In this document: one piece after another, positions 42,001 through 50,729 of the stretch | Layout: each line of letters begins with the position of its first letter | Numbering within the stretch: the first letter of the stretch is position 1 | DNA from: a virus | Length of the DNA: 64,000 nucleotides | IMG/VR virus record: IMGVR_UViG_3300044971_004534 | Direction: 5' to 3' (one strand) | Program-made: the position numbers and the translations under genes | Notes under the pieces: model-generated | Database searches by the model: none | Told to the model about the DNA's origin: nothing | What the model saw: only the letters and a program-made list of their open reading frames with translations

Positions 42001-42669
42001 AACAGTGTCTATATCCCATCCATTTTCTACTAATTCTTGCAAAAGATGACTGTACTGCTCCGAAGTAATTACCTCAACAACATTAGTTGGCTTAGTAAGT
42101 CTGTCTCTCACTGTAGAAACAATTCCTACTTCCGTAAAAATTCTTAATAAGTCCATATTGTCAGTTGCAATTTTGGGTGCAATTATAAGATTTTTCCAGT
42201 TTTTGTCATCGTTTTTATTTAAAAATTCAAATTTATCAAATTTTTTAGATTTAGGAGCTGCTTTCTTTTTTCCAGGTTTCTTTGTTTTTTGCACCGAAGG
42301 TGACAGATTTGCTGGAGTAATTGTGGAAGATGGCTCAACTGCAGTAGCCTCTGAAACTGGCTGTGAAACAGCTGATATAAACTCGTCTTGAATTTCACCT
42401 TTTCCAAACTTACTAGCATGTTCTATTAATAACTGCATGTCTCCAGGCCGAGCAGCTGGAGGTAAACCTAAAAATAAAGACAGGTCAAGGGCGTTGATGG
42501 TCCTAAGTGATTTATTTGATATGTCTTTTAATCTCTTAATTTTTTTGTCATCTAGACCCATGTTTTTAAGGTCAGATTCAGGTCTACTCAACAAATCTTT
42601 AGTAAATGTTATGATGTTTCTTCCAGACTGAAGTGTCTGAGAGGTTTTAATAATATCAAAAAGTCTCAA
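39064..42669 (-). CDS. SNF2-family helicase / ATPase (1201 aa)
   Basis: GDETGVGKT (motif I), VILDEVHTVKN (II), GGTGLSLENTADFVIFNDLP...QAKGRFYRI (V/VI). Confidence 0.85.
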   Translation of the reverse strand: MRLFDIIKTSQTLQSGRNIITFTKDLLSRPESDLKNMGLDDKKIKRLKDISNKSLRTINALDLSLFLGLPPAARPGDMQLLIEHASKFGKGEIQDEFISAVSQPVSEATAVEPSSTITPANLSPSVQKTKKPGKKKAAPKSKKFDKFEFLNKNDDKNWKNLIIAPKIATDNMDLLRIFTEVGIVSTVRDRLTKPTNVVEVITSEQYSHLLQELVENGWDIDTVDNADSHLLNIKESTDIRNFAEVEAKSIFEETNKNWMYRISIPNIVNVPYPRQLDIVECLTFAFTGVTDDPNYSRELFDEGGRSIPRKRLCRIHKTTDIQATAKGWYVRGDPSDFQRFITICGTRGVKVDKLVALVFKDFNSGLFYDPRKKSYVDPKTARFEGIIDGDGYKSEGDFEQAVKAVANSGLQKKALSRNPQANIDNVQIYPKQIEGIKFLYSRTHAILGDETGVGKTLQAIVAGHLRLKTDAKKLNKDMKAVVLTKSAVVPQFKKEIEYYTGVSPEQIWTGDELFEYLKQFDHPTKIFDENQNAKIPVPNWKWCVLNYEKFAIPPRPQILRSLIARRQSISSAYQMIMNRSLSYAEQIVQDMFASISNVINANNMGLDKNKAIKDAVQAYLNTNVKISSKHPSLYLNSRDSSWFKEKEIDKDAESLAKSTAVEVVKVAFENPKNLTNVADAMQKVRSLIRDAVDSKVNFYQSFIARQEERLQKTSTLDEIMYKLQDPNISVEEKSNLESKKLELEGTKGGRSGALQYGEEGKRNILTAYFNALSKLGVLDVVILDEVHTVKNGDPDDKAETLDDEHEANFTTFNTQIVTNGASNVWGASATIVANKEQDLYNQLRAINSPLGDLDYGSFVTQLASAVSSGGSASTGTAIRDAIVQSKIYMQRSKHDIVEDMRDSDPSRPALPKQIVKDSVSNDPNVLSSFMEIRNAEFESAMMRGTLEHPLVAYGIIRRSLARAKAPLSARQAIEKLMSGKRVGIFTDNIEAGQAMKQMIENALKQFPENSPFKNKYVYFLHGEENPSHRMMHVDEFMKNYDQSQYAAIIISFSAGGTGLSLENTADFVIFNDLPQTPVSDTQAKGRFYRINSLTDNHVNYMLLDTEEDERLYDILQQKLAIAEEISKLRDIENQYVLDGHSRSELRIKILNEIREREIRLKALDAEQSKTEIEFGKKLIGGLSPRRKRASYNRWYNFVKNI

Positions 42670-42738
42670 AGGGATCTCCTTGCTAGCATAGTATAAATTA
42701 CTACTTATTTTTTTTGTTTCTACCTTGGAGTCTTACTC

Positions 42739-43920
42739 ATGGCAATTATAAAAACAAGTTCTACAACTGGTAAAAAAACCGTCATACTAAACGACCAAGA
42801 ATGGGTCGCTCAAGGGATTATTAACGGATGGTTCACTAATGATGAATTAAAAGAAATCACATCATTTGCATCCTCATTAGCAACTGATGCAAGAATCAAA
42901 GATCAACTATTGACAAAAATAGCATATATAGATGACTACACTCAGGCAGAACAAATGCGTAGATCAGAAGCTGCTCGCAAAGGAGCAGAAACAAGGCGCA
43001 GGAATAGAGCTGCCCAGCAAGCTCCAGCAGCAGCTCCAGCAGTAGCTCCAGTAGCAGCTCCAGTAGTAGCCCCAGCGGTAGCAGCGCAAATAAGAGATCC
43101 ACGCACTGGAATGATAGTGAGACAGACTCCAGAACAGATGATTGGAAGTATGCAAAGAAACAGGTTTGGAGATGCTGCCAGAGCAAACTATCAAAGATTG
43201 CAAAGCATGCCACCAGCTCAAAGAGAAGCTTTTATGAGTCAATTGCAGCAAACTCCACAAGGTAGACAGGCATTGACTCAAATAGCTCAATTTGAAAAAA
43301 ATGTTGCACCAGGAATGTCTGGATTTGTTCAGAGAATTGACCCAAAAACAGGAAAACCTATATCTCAATTAGCAGGCTTAGGACAGGATGTAGCTGCAAA
43401 AACAAGAGCTATTGGACAAGCAGTAAAGGGTACGCCGGGGCAAATTGCCAGAGTTGCTCCTCAGACGGCGCAAAACCTGAGCACGTTGGGAAGAGGGGTA
43501 CAGACTGTTGGTTCAGGAGCTGCAAATGTTGGAAGAATGGGGCTTCAGGGACTTGGGGCTGGTCCTCAAATAATGGGGGGTGTTGGCATTGGTGGTTTGC
43601 TAATGGGTGCGGGCGGCGCATATTTAGGAGCAAAAGGATACCAATATCTAAGAGACAGATCTATAAATAATCAAGTTATTAATAAGGAATTTTTAACTAA
43701 CCCACAAAAAGTTAATTCAGCTCTTGTAGCTAGCTCTCAGCTTAAATCTTTACAGGGAGCGAAGGGTGCTACAAATGCTATAGATGACGCCATTGAAAGA
43801 TTAAATGCAACAGTACTTGCAGCAATCAATAAAATGAATGAGCAGTCACCGCTTGCTCAACAAGTGGTTCAACAAACGCTGCAAGGCATGCAGCAACAAA
43901 GACCTCAACAACAGGCTTAA
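42739..43920 (+). CDS. hypothetical protein with (A-P-x-x)n linker and Gly-rich TM
   Basis: ORF track; ILNDQEWVAQGIINGWF is a leader variant. Confidence 0.6.
   Translation: MAIIKTSSTTGKKTVILNDQEWVAQGIINGWFTNDELKEITSFASSLATDARIKDQLLTKIAYIDDYTQAEQMRRSEAARKGAETRRRNRAAQQAPAAAPAVAPVAAPVVAPAVAAQIRDPRTGMIVRQTPEQMIGSMQRNRFGDAARANYQRLQSMPPAQREAFMSQLQQTPQGRQALTQIAQFEKNVAPGMSGFVQRIDPKTGKPISQLAGLGQDVAAKTRAIGQAVKGTPGQIARVAPQTAQNLSTLGRGVQTVGSGAANVGRMGLQGLGAGPQIMGGVGIGGLLMGAGGAYLGAKGYQYLRDRSINNQVINKEFLTNPQKVNSALVASSQLKSLQGAKGATNAIDDAIERLNATVLAAINKMNEQSPLAQQVVQQTLQGMQQQRPQQQA
43021..43080 (+). repeat. in-frame 12-nt tandem repeat x5 (A-P-x-x)
   Basis: gctccagcagca gctccagcagta gctccagtagca gctccagtagta gccccagcggta. 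Confidence 0.85.
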
Positions 43921-43938
43921 TATTTTACAGGCATAAAT

Positions 43939-44502
43939 ATGGAAAACAAAAAATTTAAACTTACAAAAGAAGCTTGGCAAAATGCCGGTGTTAAAAAGGG
44001 CTATTTTAAAAGTGCAGAAGAAAAAGATAGACTGCAAAAAGAAGCATTTGCTCCGTTAGTGACAGGGCTACTGGGGGGAGTTGCTGGTATGGCTGGCAAT
44101 TATCTTTATGATAAATATAAGTCTGGAGACTGGAAAGAAAGACTTTTTGGCTACGGAATACCTCAAGAAAAGATTAATCAAATAAAGCAAGTTTTACAGC
44201 AGTCTGAGGCTACGTTTGCAAATATAGCTGGAATGTCTCCACAGGTTGATGAGGCAATCAAGAATTTTAAAGAGCAGACCCAAGCTTCTTTGCAAAGAGC
44301 AGAAGCTGAAAATGCAGCTGCAGGAAAGGGCAATGCTCAATTGGCCGCAGATCAACTCGCCAAGCAGCAACAGCAAGGCCAAGCTCAGTCAGGACAAACT
44401 CCACAGCAGGGAGCACAGCCTGGTCAAGCTCAGCAGGGGGCTCAATCTGAGCAGGGGCAGCAGACAGGAAAGCCGCCTGAACTATTGGAAAAACCAGAAT
44501 AA
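43939..44502 (+). CDS. hypothetical membrane protein, Q-rich C-terminus
   Basis: FKLTKEAWQNAGVKKGYFKSA is a leader variant. Confidence 0.6.
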   Translation: MENKKFKLTKEAWQNAGVKKGYFKSAEEKDRLQKEAFAPLVTGLLGGVAGMAGNYLYDKYKSGDWKERLFGYGIPQEKINQIKQVLQQSEATFANIAGMSPQVDEAIKNFKEQTQASLQRAEAENAAAGKGNAQLAADQLAKQQQQGQAQSGQTPQQGAQPGQAQQGAQSEQGQQTGKPPELLEKPE

Positions 44503-44523
44503 ATAATTATTAAATTAAAAGCT

Positions 44524-44555
44524 AAAGACTACTTCCATCCAGTGGAGTAGTCTTT
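44524..44555. terminator. hairpin between convergent genes
   Basis: AAAGACTACT-12 nt loop-AGTAGTCTTT; overlaps the last codons of 44529..44927. Confidence 0.45.
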
Positions 44556-44927
44556 TTCTTCTACAATCAAACTGCCTAGTTCTTTGTTTATGAGTTTCTT
44601 TTTTTCAGATCTTTCAGCGTTGTAAAAATACACATTTCTTGCAAGAGAAATAAACTCTTCATCAAACTGTTTGTTAAATTCTTTTTTCCTAATTGCCTCT
44701 TCTATGTCCCACAATGTTTGATTGACTTCCATCATAGACAGTATGCATTGCTCTATGATTGCTTGATCAAATCTAGTAGAAGCCACAGACATTAATTTTT
44801 CAAACTCTTTGTTTACATTTAATAGCTTAACTGGATCTGAGAATTTAATAGACTTAATTTTTAATATTGATATTTTATCAAAAAGTTCACCGAATGAAAC
44901 TGGTATCATTAAAGCATTGTCTTCCAT
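44529..44927 (-). CDS. DUF6165-like protein (tentative)
   Basis: SFGELFDKISILKIK N-terminal block; lies next to a glycosyltransferase-like gene. Confidence 0.45.
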   Translation of the reverse strand: MEDNALMIPVSFGELFDKISILKIKSIKFSDPVKLLNVNKEFEKLMSVASTRFDQAIIEQCILSMMEVNQTLWDIEEAIRKKEFNKQFDEEFISLARNVYFYNAERSEKKKLINKELGSLIVEEKDYSTGWK

Positions 44928-45628
44928 GGCAGTCTTTCCTTTGAAATCTTATATCCAATATATCCACATTTTTTTCTTACTTCATCATATCGAAAAAGTT
45001 TGTCTGATTTTAAATTAAGATGTTCACATAAGTTTTTTATACTACTTTCCATCAGGTGTATCTCTTCAGCATTTTCTAATGCAGAACAAAGATGAAATAA
45101 ATTTATCGACTTATCATTCCTAATTTGTTTTAAAGATGTTTTTGGCTCAAGAACAAATCCTTTATCTGGATCATCATGAATAAATGCATATGCTCCATAT
45201 GCTCCAAGTTTTTCTAGCACTTTTTTTTCTTCTTCAAGATCTCTTTGTATGTAAAAACTTTTATAACGATTTTCATAAGGGACTTTTGCAATTTCATAGA
45301 TCACTTCATCAAATTTTTTATATTTTTTAAATATTTTATTATAATTATTTATAGCGGTACTACCGGCAAAAATAACTCGTGAATGTAGATTTGCTGCTAC
45401 TTTGGTGCAATAATCATATGCACCTACCCGTGATGCATTTATTGGAATAACTGTAATCGCAGGGTTATCCCGATACATCCATTTAACAAGATTGGTATAT
45501 ATTTTTGGGATATAAACATAAACTTTATCTACTGCATGCTGATTAGCATAATATCTACAAAGCCCATTACATATGATAGCGTCTCCTAAACCTTGAGGAT
45601 GCAGAATGCTTATACGTTCTTTTTTCAT
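44909..45628 (-). CDS. GT9 (heptosyltransferase)-like glycosyltransferase (tentative)
   Basis: ILHPQGLGDAIIC N-terminal block and C-terminal ...IHLMESS pattern. Confidence 0.4.
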   Translation of the reverse strand: MKKERISILHPQGLGDAIICNGLCRYYANQHAVDKVYVYIPKIYTNLVKWMYRDNPAITVIPINASRVGAYDYCTKVAANLHSRVIFAGSTAINNYNKIFKKYKKFDEVIYEIAKVPYENRYKSFYIQRDLEEEKKVLEKLGAYGAYAFIHDDPDKGFVLEPKTSLKQIRNDKSINLFHLCSALENAEEIHLMESSIKNLCEHLNLKSDKLFRYDEVRKKCGYIGYKISKERLPWKTML

Positions 45629-45689
45629 AGGTATTTTAGTAATTGAATTGTATAAAAGTACTACTGTTATTTACAAAATGGAACAAAAT

Positions 45690-46454
45690 ATGACCTGGTA
45701 TAAATTATCACAGCAATTCTCTGGCAGTACGTATACGGTTGTAGAAGGGGATAGTCTATCTGGCATAGCAAAAAAAATGCTGCATGATATTAATCGATGG
45801 CCAGAAATACAAAAACTTAATAATATTGATGACCCAAATAAGATACAGCCTGGTCAAGTTATAAAATTACCAGAAAAAAAAATACAGACAGATCAAGATA
45901 ATAAAAAAACAAAAATTCAGAATACAGCAAATAATGTTGACGTTTTTGAAGAGCTAAAAAAAGAAATCTCAAGTGGAGAGGGCAACTACTACTCATACAA
46001 TAGGGGGGTAGCTGGCGATACTCCAAAACCAAAAATAGATATTACCAAATTAACAGTGGGACAGATTATTAAAATGCAAAATACTAGTGGTTCAGACAAA
46101 AAAAAGCTTCTTTTTGCTGTTGGAAAATATCAAATGACACCAGCTACACTTGCAGAATCAATAAGGCATCCTAAAGTTGGAGTAAGCTTAAATGATTTAT
46201 TTACTCCAGATGTACAAGAAAAACTATTTATGTATTTACTATATAAAAGAGCCAACTTAATGGCCTATATAGAAGGTAGAAGTGACAACATAGATGCTGC
46301 CGTCAATGACTTGGCCGCTGAATTTGCGTCTTTACCAACAACTTCCGGCAAAGGCAGATACGATAAAGACAAGGCAGGAAATATGGCAAGTGGTGGACTT
46401 GCTAGAGTAGAAAGAATAAAGTCAATACTTTTAAATATAAAAAATAATCGTTAA
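45690..46454 (+). CDS. LysM-domain peptidoglycan hydrolase-like protein
   Basis: MTWYKLSQQ leader; LysM YTVVEGDSLSGIAKK...IQPGQVIKLP; GKYQMTPATL resembles the G(R/A)YQ box of lytic transglycosylases/lysozymes. Confidence 0.6.
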   Translation: MTWYKLSQQFSGSTYTVVEGDSLSGIAKKMLHDINRWPEIQKLNNIDDPNKIQPGQVIKLPEKKIQTDQDNKKTKIQNTANNVDVFEELKKEISSGEGNYYSYNRGVAGDTPKPKIDITKLTVGQIIKMQNTSGSDKKKLLFAVGKYQMTPATLAESIRHPKVGVSLNDLFTPDVQEKLFMYLLYKRANLMAYIEGRSDNIDAAVNDLAAEFASLPTTSGKGRYDKDKAGNMASGGLARVERIKSILLNIKNNR

Positions 46455-46458
46455 TTAT

Positions 46459-47640
46459 ATGAGTAACAATATACAAAGAAGCGATTATTCGTTATATGAT
46501 TTTACCATTTGCACTCTTGCTTGCACAAAACAAAAAAAATATGCTGATCGCCTAAAAGACTATATAGATTTTTATGGTTTTAGATTCAATAATAAATCTT
46601 TAAAAATAAAATTTGTTTTTTTAGTGGAAGATGAAATCAGACCAGATTTTCTTCATAAAGAACATATTTGGTATAACTGCCCTGGACTTCCAATGTCTAT
46701 GAGATGGGCAAAGTACTTGAAAGATGAACATGTTGATTCTAAATGGATTATGCAAGTAGATGATGATTCAAGCACAGATATAGATAAAACAGTAGAAATT
46801 CTAAATCAGTACTATGATCATCAAGATAGCATGCTGTTAATGGGTGGGAGAAATACCGACTTAGAGCTTGGTCAACAAAACATATTAAAATCAATGAAAA
46901 TTGAAAATATATTTTTTGAATCAAACGATATCAGTAAATTTGAAGGCATTCCCTATTTTGTTCACGCATGGGAGCCTTCAATAATCTCTTACAGTGGTAT
47001 GCACAAAATGAAAAAATGGGATCGCTTGAATGAGTATTTTTCTTTATGCAAAAACATAAGACCTACATTTGGAGATCAAACTCCTTACGTAATTGCAAAG
47101 CTGTCAAAGATTCCCATAGTAGAAGCTTCTTTTTTATGCCCTTTTAATTGGGCTAATATGTATAGTGCAATAAATAAACAAGGTAGATATTCTCACATAC
47201 ATTATGTTACAGACAAGTGGAATTTTTTTACTAACTTTAAAATAGCTATGAAAAATAATTTGACTTTTGAAAATGAAAAAGAAACAAAAAAATATTTATC
47301 AAATCACATAAAAAGTAATGCTATTTTAGACAAAAACATAAGGTCAATACGTGATGAGCAAAAACATATTTTAGACAAAGACGTAAAATTAAAGCTAACA
47401 AACAAGATAAATAGCAAAAATGTTATGATAGTAAATATCATGAGAAATGGATCTATTGTTGTGGACAATAAGGACATGATTTGGCAACATAATGGAAAAG
47501 ATAGGTTGTCTATATTTAATAAAAAAACTAAGATAAAAGTTGGAGAGATTTTAAAAAACGCACATACAAAAGAATATTTTGCGACTCTTGACATGAACGG
47601 AAAAACTAGCGCTACAGCATGGGTAGGCAAAGAAGTTTGA
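46459..47640 (+). CDS. hypothetical protein, possible GT-A glycosyltransferase
   Basis: WIMQVDDDSS is a DxD-like box; sits in the glycan gene neighbourhood. Confidence 0.4.
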   Translation: MSNNIQRSDYSLYDFTICTLACTKQKKYADRLKDYIDFYGFRFNNKSLKIKFVFLVEDEIRPDFLHKEHIWYNCPGLPMSMRWAKYLKDEHVDSKWIMQVDDDSSTDIDKTVEILNQYYDHQDSMLLMGGRNTDLELGQQNILKSMKIENIFFESNDISKFEGIPYFVHAWEPSIISYSGMHKMKKWDRLNEYFSLCKNIRPTFGDQTPYVIAKLSKIPIVEASFLCPFNWANMYSAINKQGRYSHIHYVTDKWNFFTNFKIAMKNNLTFENEKETKKYLSNHIKSNAILDKNIRSIRDEQKHILDKDVKLKLTNKINSKNVMIVNIMRNGSIVVDNKDMIWQHNGKDRLSIFNKKTKIKVGEILKNAHTKEYFATLDMNGKTSATAWVGKEV

Positions 47641-47653
47641 AAGGAAATTATAC

Positions 47654-48748
47654 GTGTATGATTATGTAATCGTTGGATCTGGAATATTCGGAGCTGTTTG
47701 TGCAAGAGAGCTAACAGATAGTGGTAAAAAATGTCTTGTAATAGACAAGAGGAATCATATTGGCGGAAACTGTTATACTGAAAATTATAATGGCATAAAT
47801 GTTCACAAATATGGTCCACATATTTTTCATACCAATAGTGATTATGTTTGGAATTATGTAGGCAAATATTGTGCATTTCATAAATACTCTCATCGTGTCA
47901 AGGTTATTTACAAAGATAATATTTATTCTTTTCCAATAAATCTAATGACTCTTTATCAAGTGTGGGGGGTCAAAAGTCCACATGAAGCAGAAGAAAAATT
48001 AAAGTCTATTAGAAAAAATATAAAAAACCCAAAAAACATGGAAGAATGGGCTGTTTCTCAAATAGGAGAAGAACTTTATACTATATTTATACGTGATTAT
48101 ACAAAAAAACAGTGGGGAAAAGATCCTTCAGAATTACCAGCTGGCATCTTAAAAAGATTGCCAATTAGAATGAATTTTAATGATGATTATTTTGAAGACA
48201 AATATTGCGGTATACCTGTTGGGGGATACACTGGTATATTTGAAAAAATGCTTGACGGTATAGAAGTGCATTTGTCAACTGATTATTTTTCAGATAAAAA
48301 TACATTTGCAAGACTAGGTTCAAAAATAATATATACAGGGGGATTAGATGAATTTTTTGATTATGATCTTGGGAAACTTGAATGGAGAAGTTTAAAATTT
48401 GATCATTTACATCTAAATGTCAAAGACTTTCAAGGATGCTCAATTGTAAATTATCCAGAAATAAACATTCCGTATACACGTATTTGTGAGCACAAACATT
48501 TTGAAAATGGCAATCAAAGCCATACTGTAATAACAAAAGAATATCCAGACGCATGGGAAGTGGGAAAAGAAAAATACTATCCAGTAAATGATGAAAAAAA
48601 TAATATACTTTCAAAAAAGTACAAAAACAGAATAGACAACAGTAAATACATATTAGGTGGAAGGCTTGCAGACTATATGTATTATGATATGCATCAAGTT
48701 TTTGCATCAGCACTTGCTGCAGTAAAATCGGAGTTAAACAATGCATAA
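47654..48748 (+). CDS. glf: UDP-galactopyranose mutase
   Basis: GTG start; MYDYVIVGSGIFGAVCA...IDKRNHIGGNCYT...GPHIFHT is near-identical in pattern to Glf. Confidence 0.85.
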   Translation: MYDYVIVGSGIFGAVCARELTDSGKKCLVIDKRNHIGGNCYTENYNGINVHKYGPHIFHTNSDYVWNYVGKYCAFHKYSHRVKVIYKDNIYSFPINLMTLYQVWGVKSPHEAEEKLKSIRKNIKNPKNMEEWAVSQIGEELYTIFIRDYTKKQWGKDPSELPAGILKRLPIRMNFNDDYFEDKYCGIPVGGYTGIFEKMLDGIEVHLSTDYFSDKNTFARLGSKIIYTGGLDEFFDYDLGKLEWRSLKFDHLHLNVKDFQGCSIVNYPEINIPYTRICEHKHFENGNQSHTVITKEYPDAWEVGKEKYYPVNDEKNNILSKKYKNRIDNSKYILGGRLADYMYYDMHQVFASALAAVKSELNNA

Positions 48749-49436
48749 GCCACTTTTTTTGTTTATGTATCACAAAAATGATGTTGTCACAAGAAGTACT
48801 TACAATCAATTAGAAAAAACTGAAAGTAGACATAGCATAGTTCCTATCTGTGAATACAATTCTTATTTGCCAAATACATATAATTGTTCCACAGAGCCAT
48901 GGCAATTTCATCATCATGAAACATGGGTGCGCGCTGATAGTCTAATATATAAATATGTGCTTGAAAAAGCAAGATACGTAAGAAAGCATAGTGCTGTAGT
49001 TATATTAGAATGGGACGTTTGGTGGAATCCGGTCTCCACAGAATGGATTAATAGGACGCTTGCAGACGCTGATATGGCAGGTCCTGAAATAATGACCCAG
49101 CAGAGAGATCCAGGATGGGGATGGTTTAACGAGTCTTGTAATAATATGATAAAAAAGTATATGTTAGGTATAAGGCCATTTTCAGTCATTATTTGTAGAC
49201 CAGAAATATTAGTAAAAGCATCAAAATTTATTAGAGATAATAAATTTATGCATAATGTAAAAAATTGCGAAGTAAGATTTGCTACCGCTTTTAATGCTGT
49301 ACAGGGCAAAATAGGATTGCTGCCAGATAAATACGCAAAAACAATAAAATGGCATGAGTGGGATTTGAATTGTGGCAAGCAAGATGTTATTATACATCCA
49401 GTAAAAACAGAATCGCAACTATTGCGCGTAAGATAA
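48741..49436 (+). CDS. hypothetical protein
   Basis: 8-nt overlap with glf. Confidence 0.5.
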   Translation: MHKPLFLFMYHKNDVVTRSTYNQLEKTESRHSIVPICEYNSYLPNTYNCSTEPWQFHHHETWVRADSLIYKYVLEKARYVRKHSAVVILEWDVWWNPVSTEWINRTLADADMAGPEIMTQQRDPGWGWFNESCNNMIKKYMLGIRPFSVIICRPEILVKASKFIRDNKFMHNVKNCEVRFATAFNAVQGKIGLLPDKYAKTIKWHEWDLNCGKQDVIIHPVKTESQLLRVR

Positions 49437-49501
49437 TATTTATATTAAAAGAAAAAACTAAAAATTGTAGAAATAATAAAAATGCTAACAGGTACATAAT
49501 T

Positions 49502-49792
49502 ATGATAAAAATAGAGTCTAATTATTTCAAAAAACAAGCAAATGTCCAGATGTCTATTGTTCACTTTGAGCAAGATGCAGACGGGTGGCACTATGTTGAT
49601 GAGTCTTATGTTGATCCAAGTAGAAATGAAGAGGATCAGATAAATTCTTTTATAGAAAATAGTATTAGCAAAAGCATGAACCTTAAAGAAGCTGGACAAA
49701 ATATTTTTGTTTCAGATCAAGATATGTTCAAATTAAAAAATAGTAATAAAAAATTCACAATTAAAAATGGAAAGGTAACCGTACATGTCTAG
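49502..49792 (+). CDS. hypothetical protein
   Basis: In-frame ATG after the end of 48741..49436 (track start 49358 overlaps that gene). Confidence 0.45.
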   Translation: MIKIESNYFKKQANVQMSIVHFEQDADGWHYVDESYVDPSRNEEDQINSFIENSISKSMNLKEAGQNIFVSDQDMFKLKNSNKKFTIKNGKVTVHV

Positions 49793-50720
49793 CTCAAATA
49801 TTCCAGTTGAAGTGATTGAAGATGCAAGATCGTTGGCAGAACGCAACGGCACGACTATTGGTATTTGGGAAGCACAGCCAAATAAGGGAAACAGAGGCTT
49901 TGTTGTGATGCCTACAGAAAACATGCATAAGTTTACTGAAAGAATAGAGATAAAAGGTTTTACTACAAATCCCACCGGTGAAGAGATTATTCCTAATCCT
50001 ATAACAACTATTGATCCACCCGTCAAATACAGAAGAGGTACTGATCTTTATAGAAGGCAAAGATCTGGGTGGAGAAAGCAACCAAAAACTGAACAAGAAA
50101 TTGGAGTAAGAAATATTGAATTAACAGCTCCAGATTTGAGGCTTGTGGCTAAAGTAAAAATGAATAAAAACGAGTGGGTTAAAATTGGAGAGTCTCAAGG
50201 TTGGATTAAGTCTAAAGATGATCCGGCAAATATGAAAGTGGCTCTCCCTGTTCTTCCCTTGCTAGGAGTTGCTGCTAATTTAGCTTCTCCTTTTATTATA
50301 AATTGGATGATGAGCTCTGGAGAGCAACCATCGCAAGATCCACAGCAGTTTCAGGGACAGATGCAACAAATGAGTCAAGAAGTGAAACAGCAAGCAGATC
50401 AAGTGTTAAAGCCGACGATACAGGCGATACAGCAGCAGGCTGCTAGATTAAATGCATACTGTGCTAATGATACTCAGTCTCCACCATGCCCACCAGATGG
50501 AGAAGTAAAAGATATAAATAAATTCAAACAAAAATTAACTCAAATACAGCAAAAAATGAAAAGCACACAATTTAGCAACGATCCAATGTATGTGTGTCAG
50601 CTATATAGAGAAGCACTTGAATTAAATTCTTGTGCTGCATCTGTTATTGGCATGATTAATGAAGTTAAAAATAATATGCAGAATATGGAATTTAATCCTG
50701 CAGCGAATTTAAGACTGTGA
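49785..50720 (+). CDS. hypothetical protein with internal Met + leader module at codon 126
   Basis: Internal ATG at 50160 opens MNKNEWVKIGESQGWIKSKDD. Confidence 0.55.
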   Translation: MSSSNIPVEVIEDARSLAERNGTTIGIWEAQPNKGNRGFVVMPTENMHKFTERIEIKGFTTNPTGEEIIPNPITTIDPPVKYRRGTDLYRRQRSGWRKQPKTEQEIGVRNIELTAPDLRLVAKVKMNKNEWVKIGESQGWIKSKDDPANMKVALPVLPLLGVAANLASPFIINWMMSSGEQPSQDPQQFQGQMQQMSQEVKQQADQVLKPTIQAIQQQAARLNAYCANDTQSPPCPPDGEVKDINKFKQKLTQIQQKMKSTQFSNDPMYVCQLYREALELNSCAASVIGMINEVKNNMQNMEFNPAANLRL

Positions 50721-50729
50721 AATTATCTC

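Noticed and set aside
40169-42631. Several + strand ORFs (40169..40576, 41374..41784, 41789..42049 and others) within the SNF2 gene
   Set aside because: They are antisense to a 1201-aa ORF with complete helicase motifs. Their products are Ser/Phe/Leu-rich and typical of AT-rich antisense frames.
47304-47876. 190-aa minus ORF overlapping the 46459 gene and glf; similar antisense ORFs at 48420..48809, 48914..49378 and 49733..50096
   Set aside because: They are antisense to well-supported genes (glf is unambiguous) and their composition is low in complexity.
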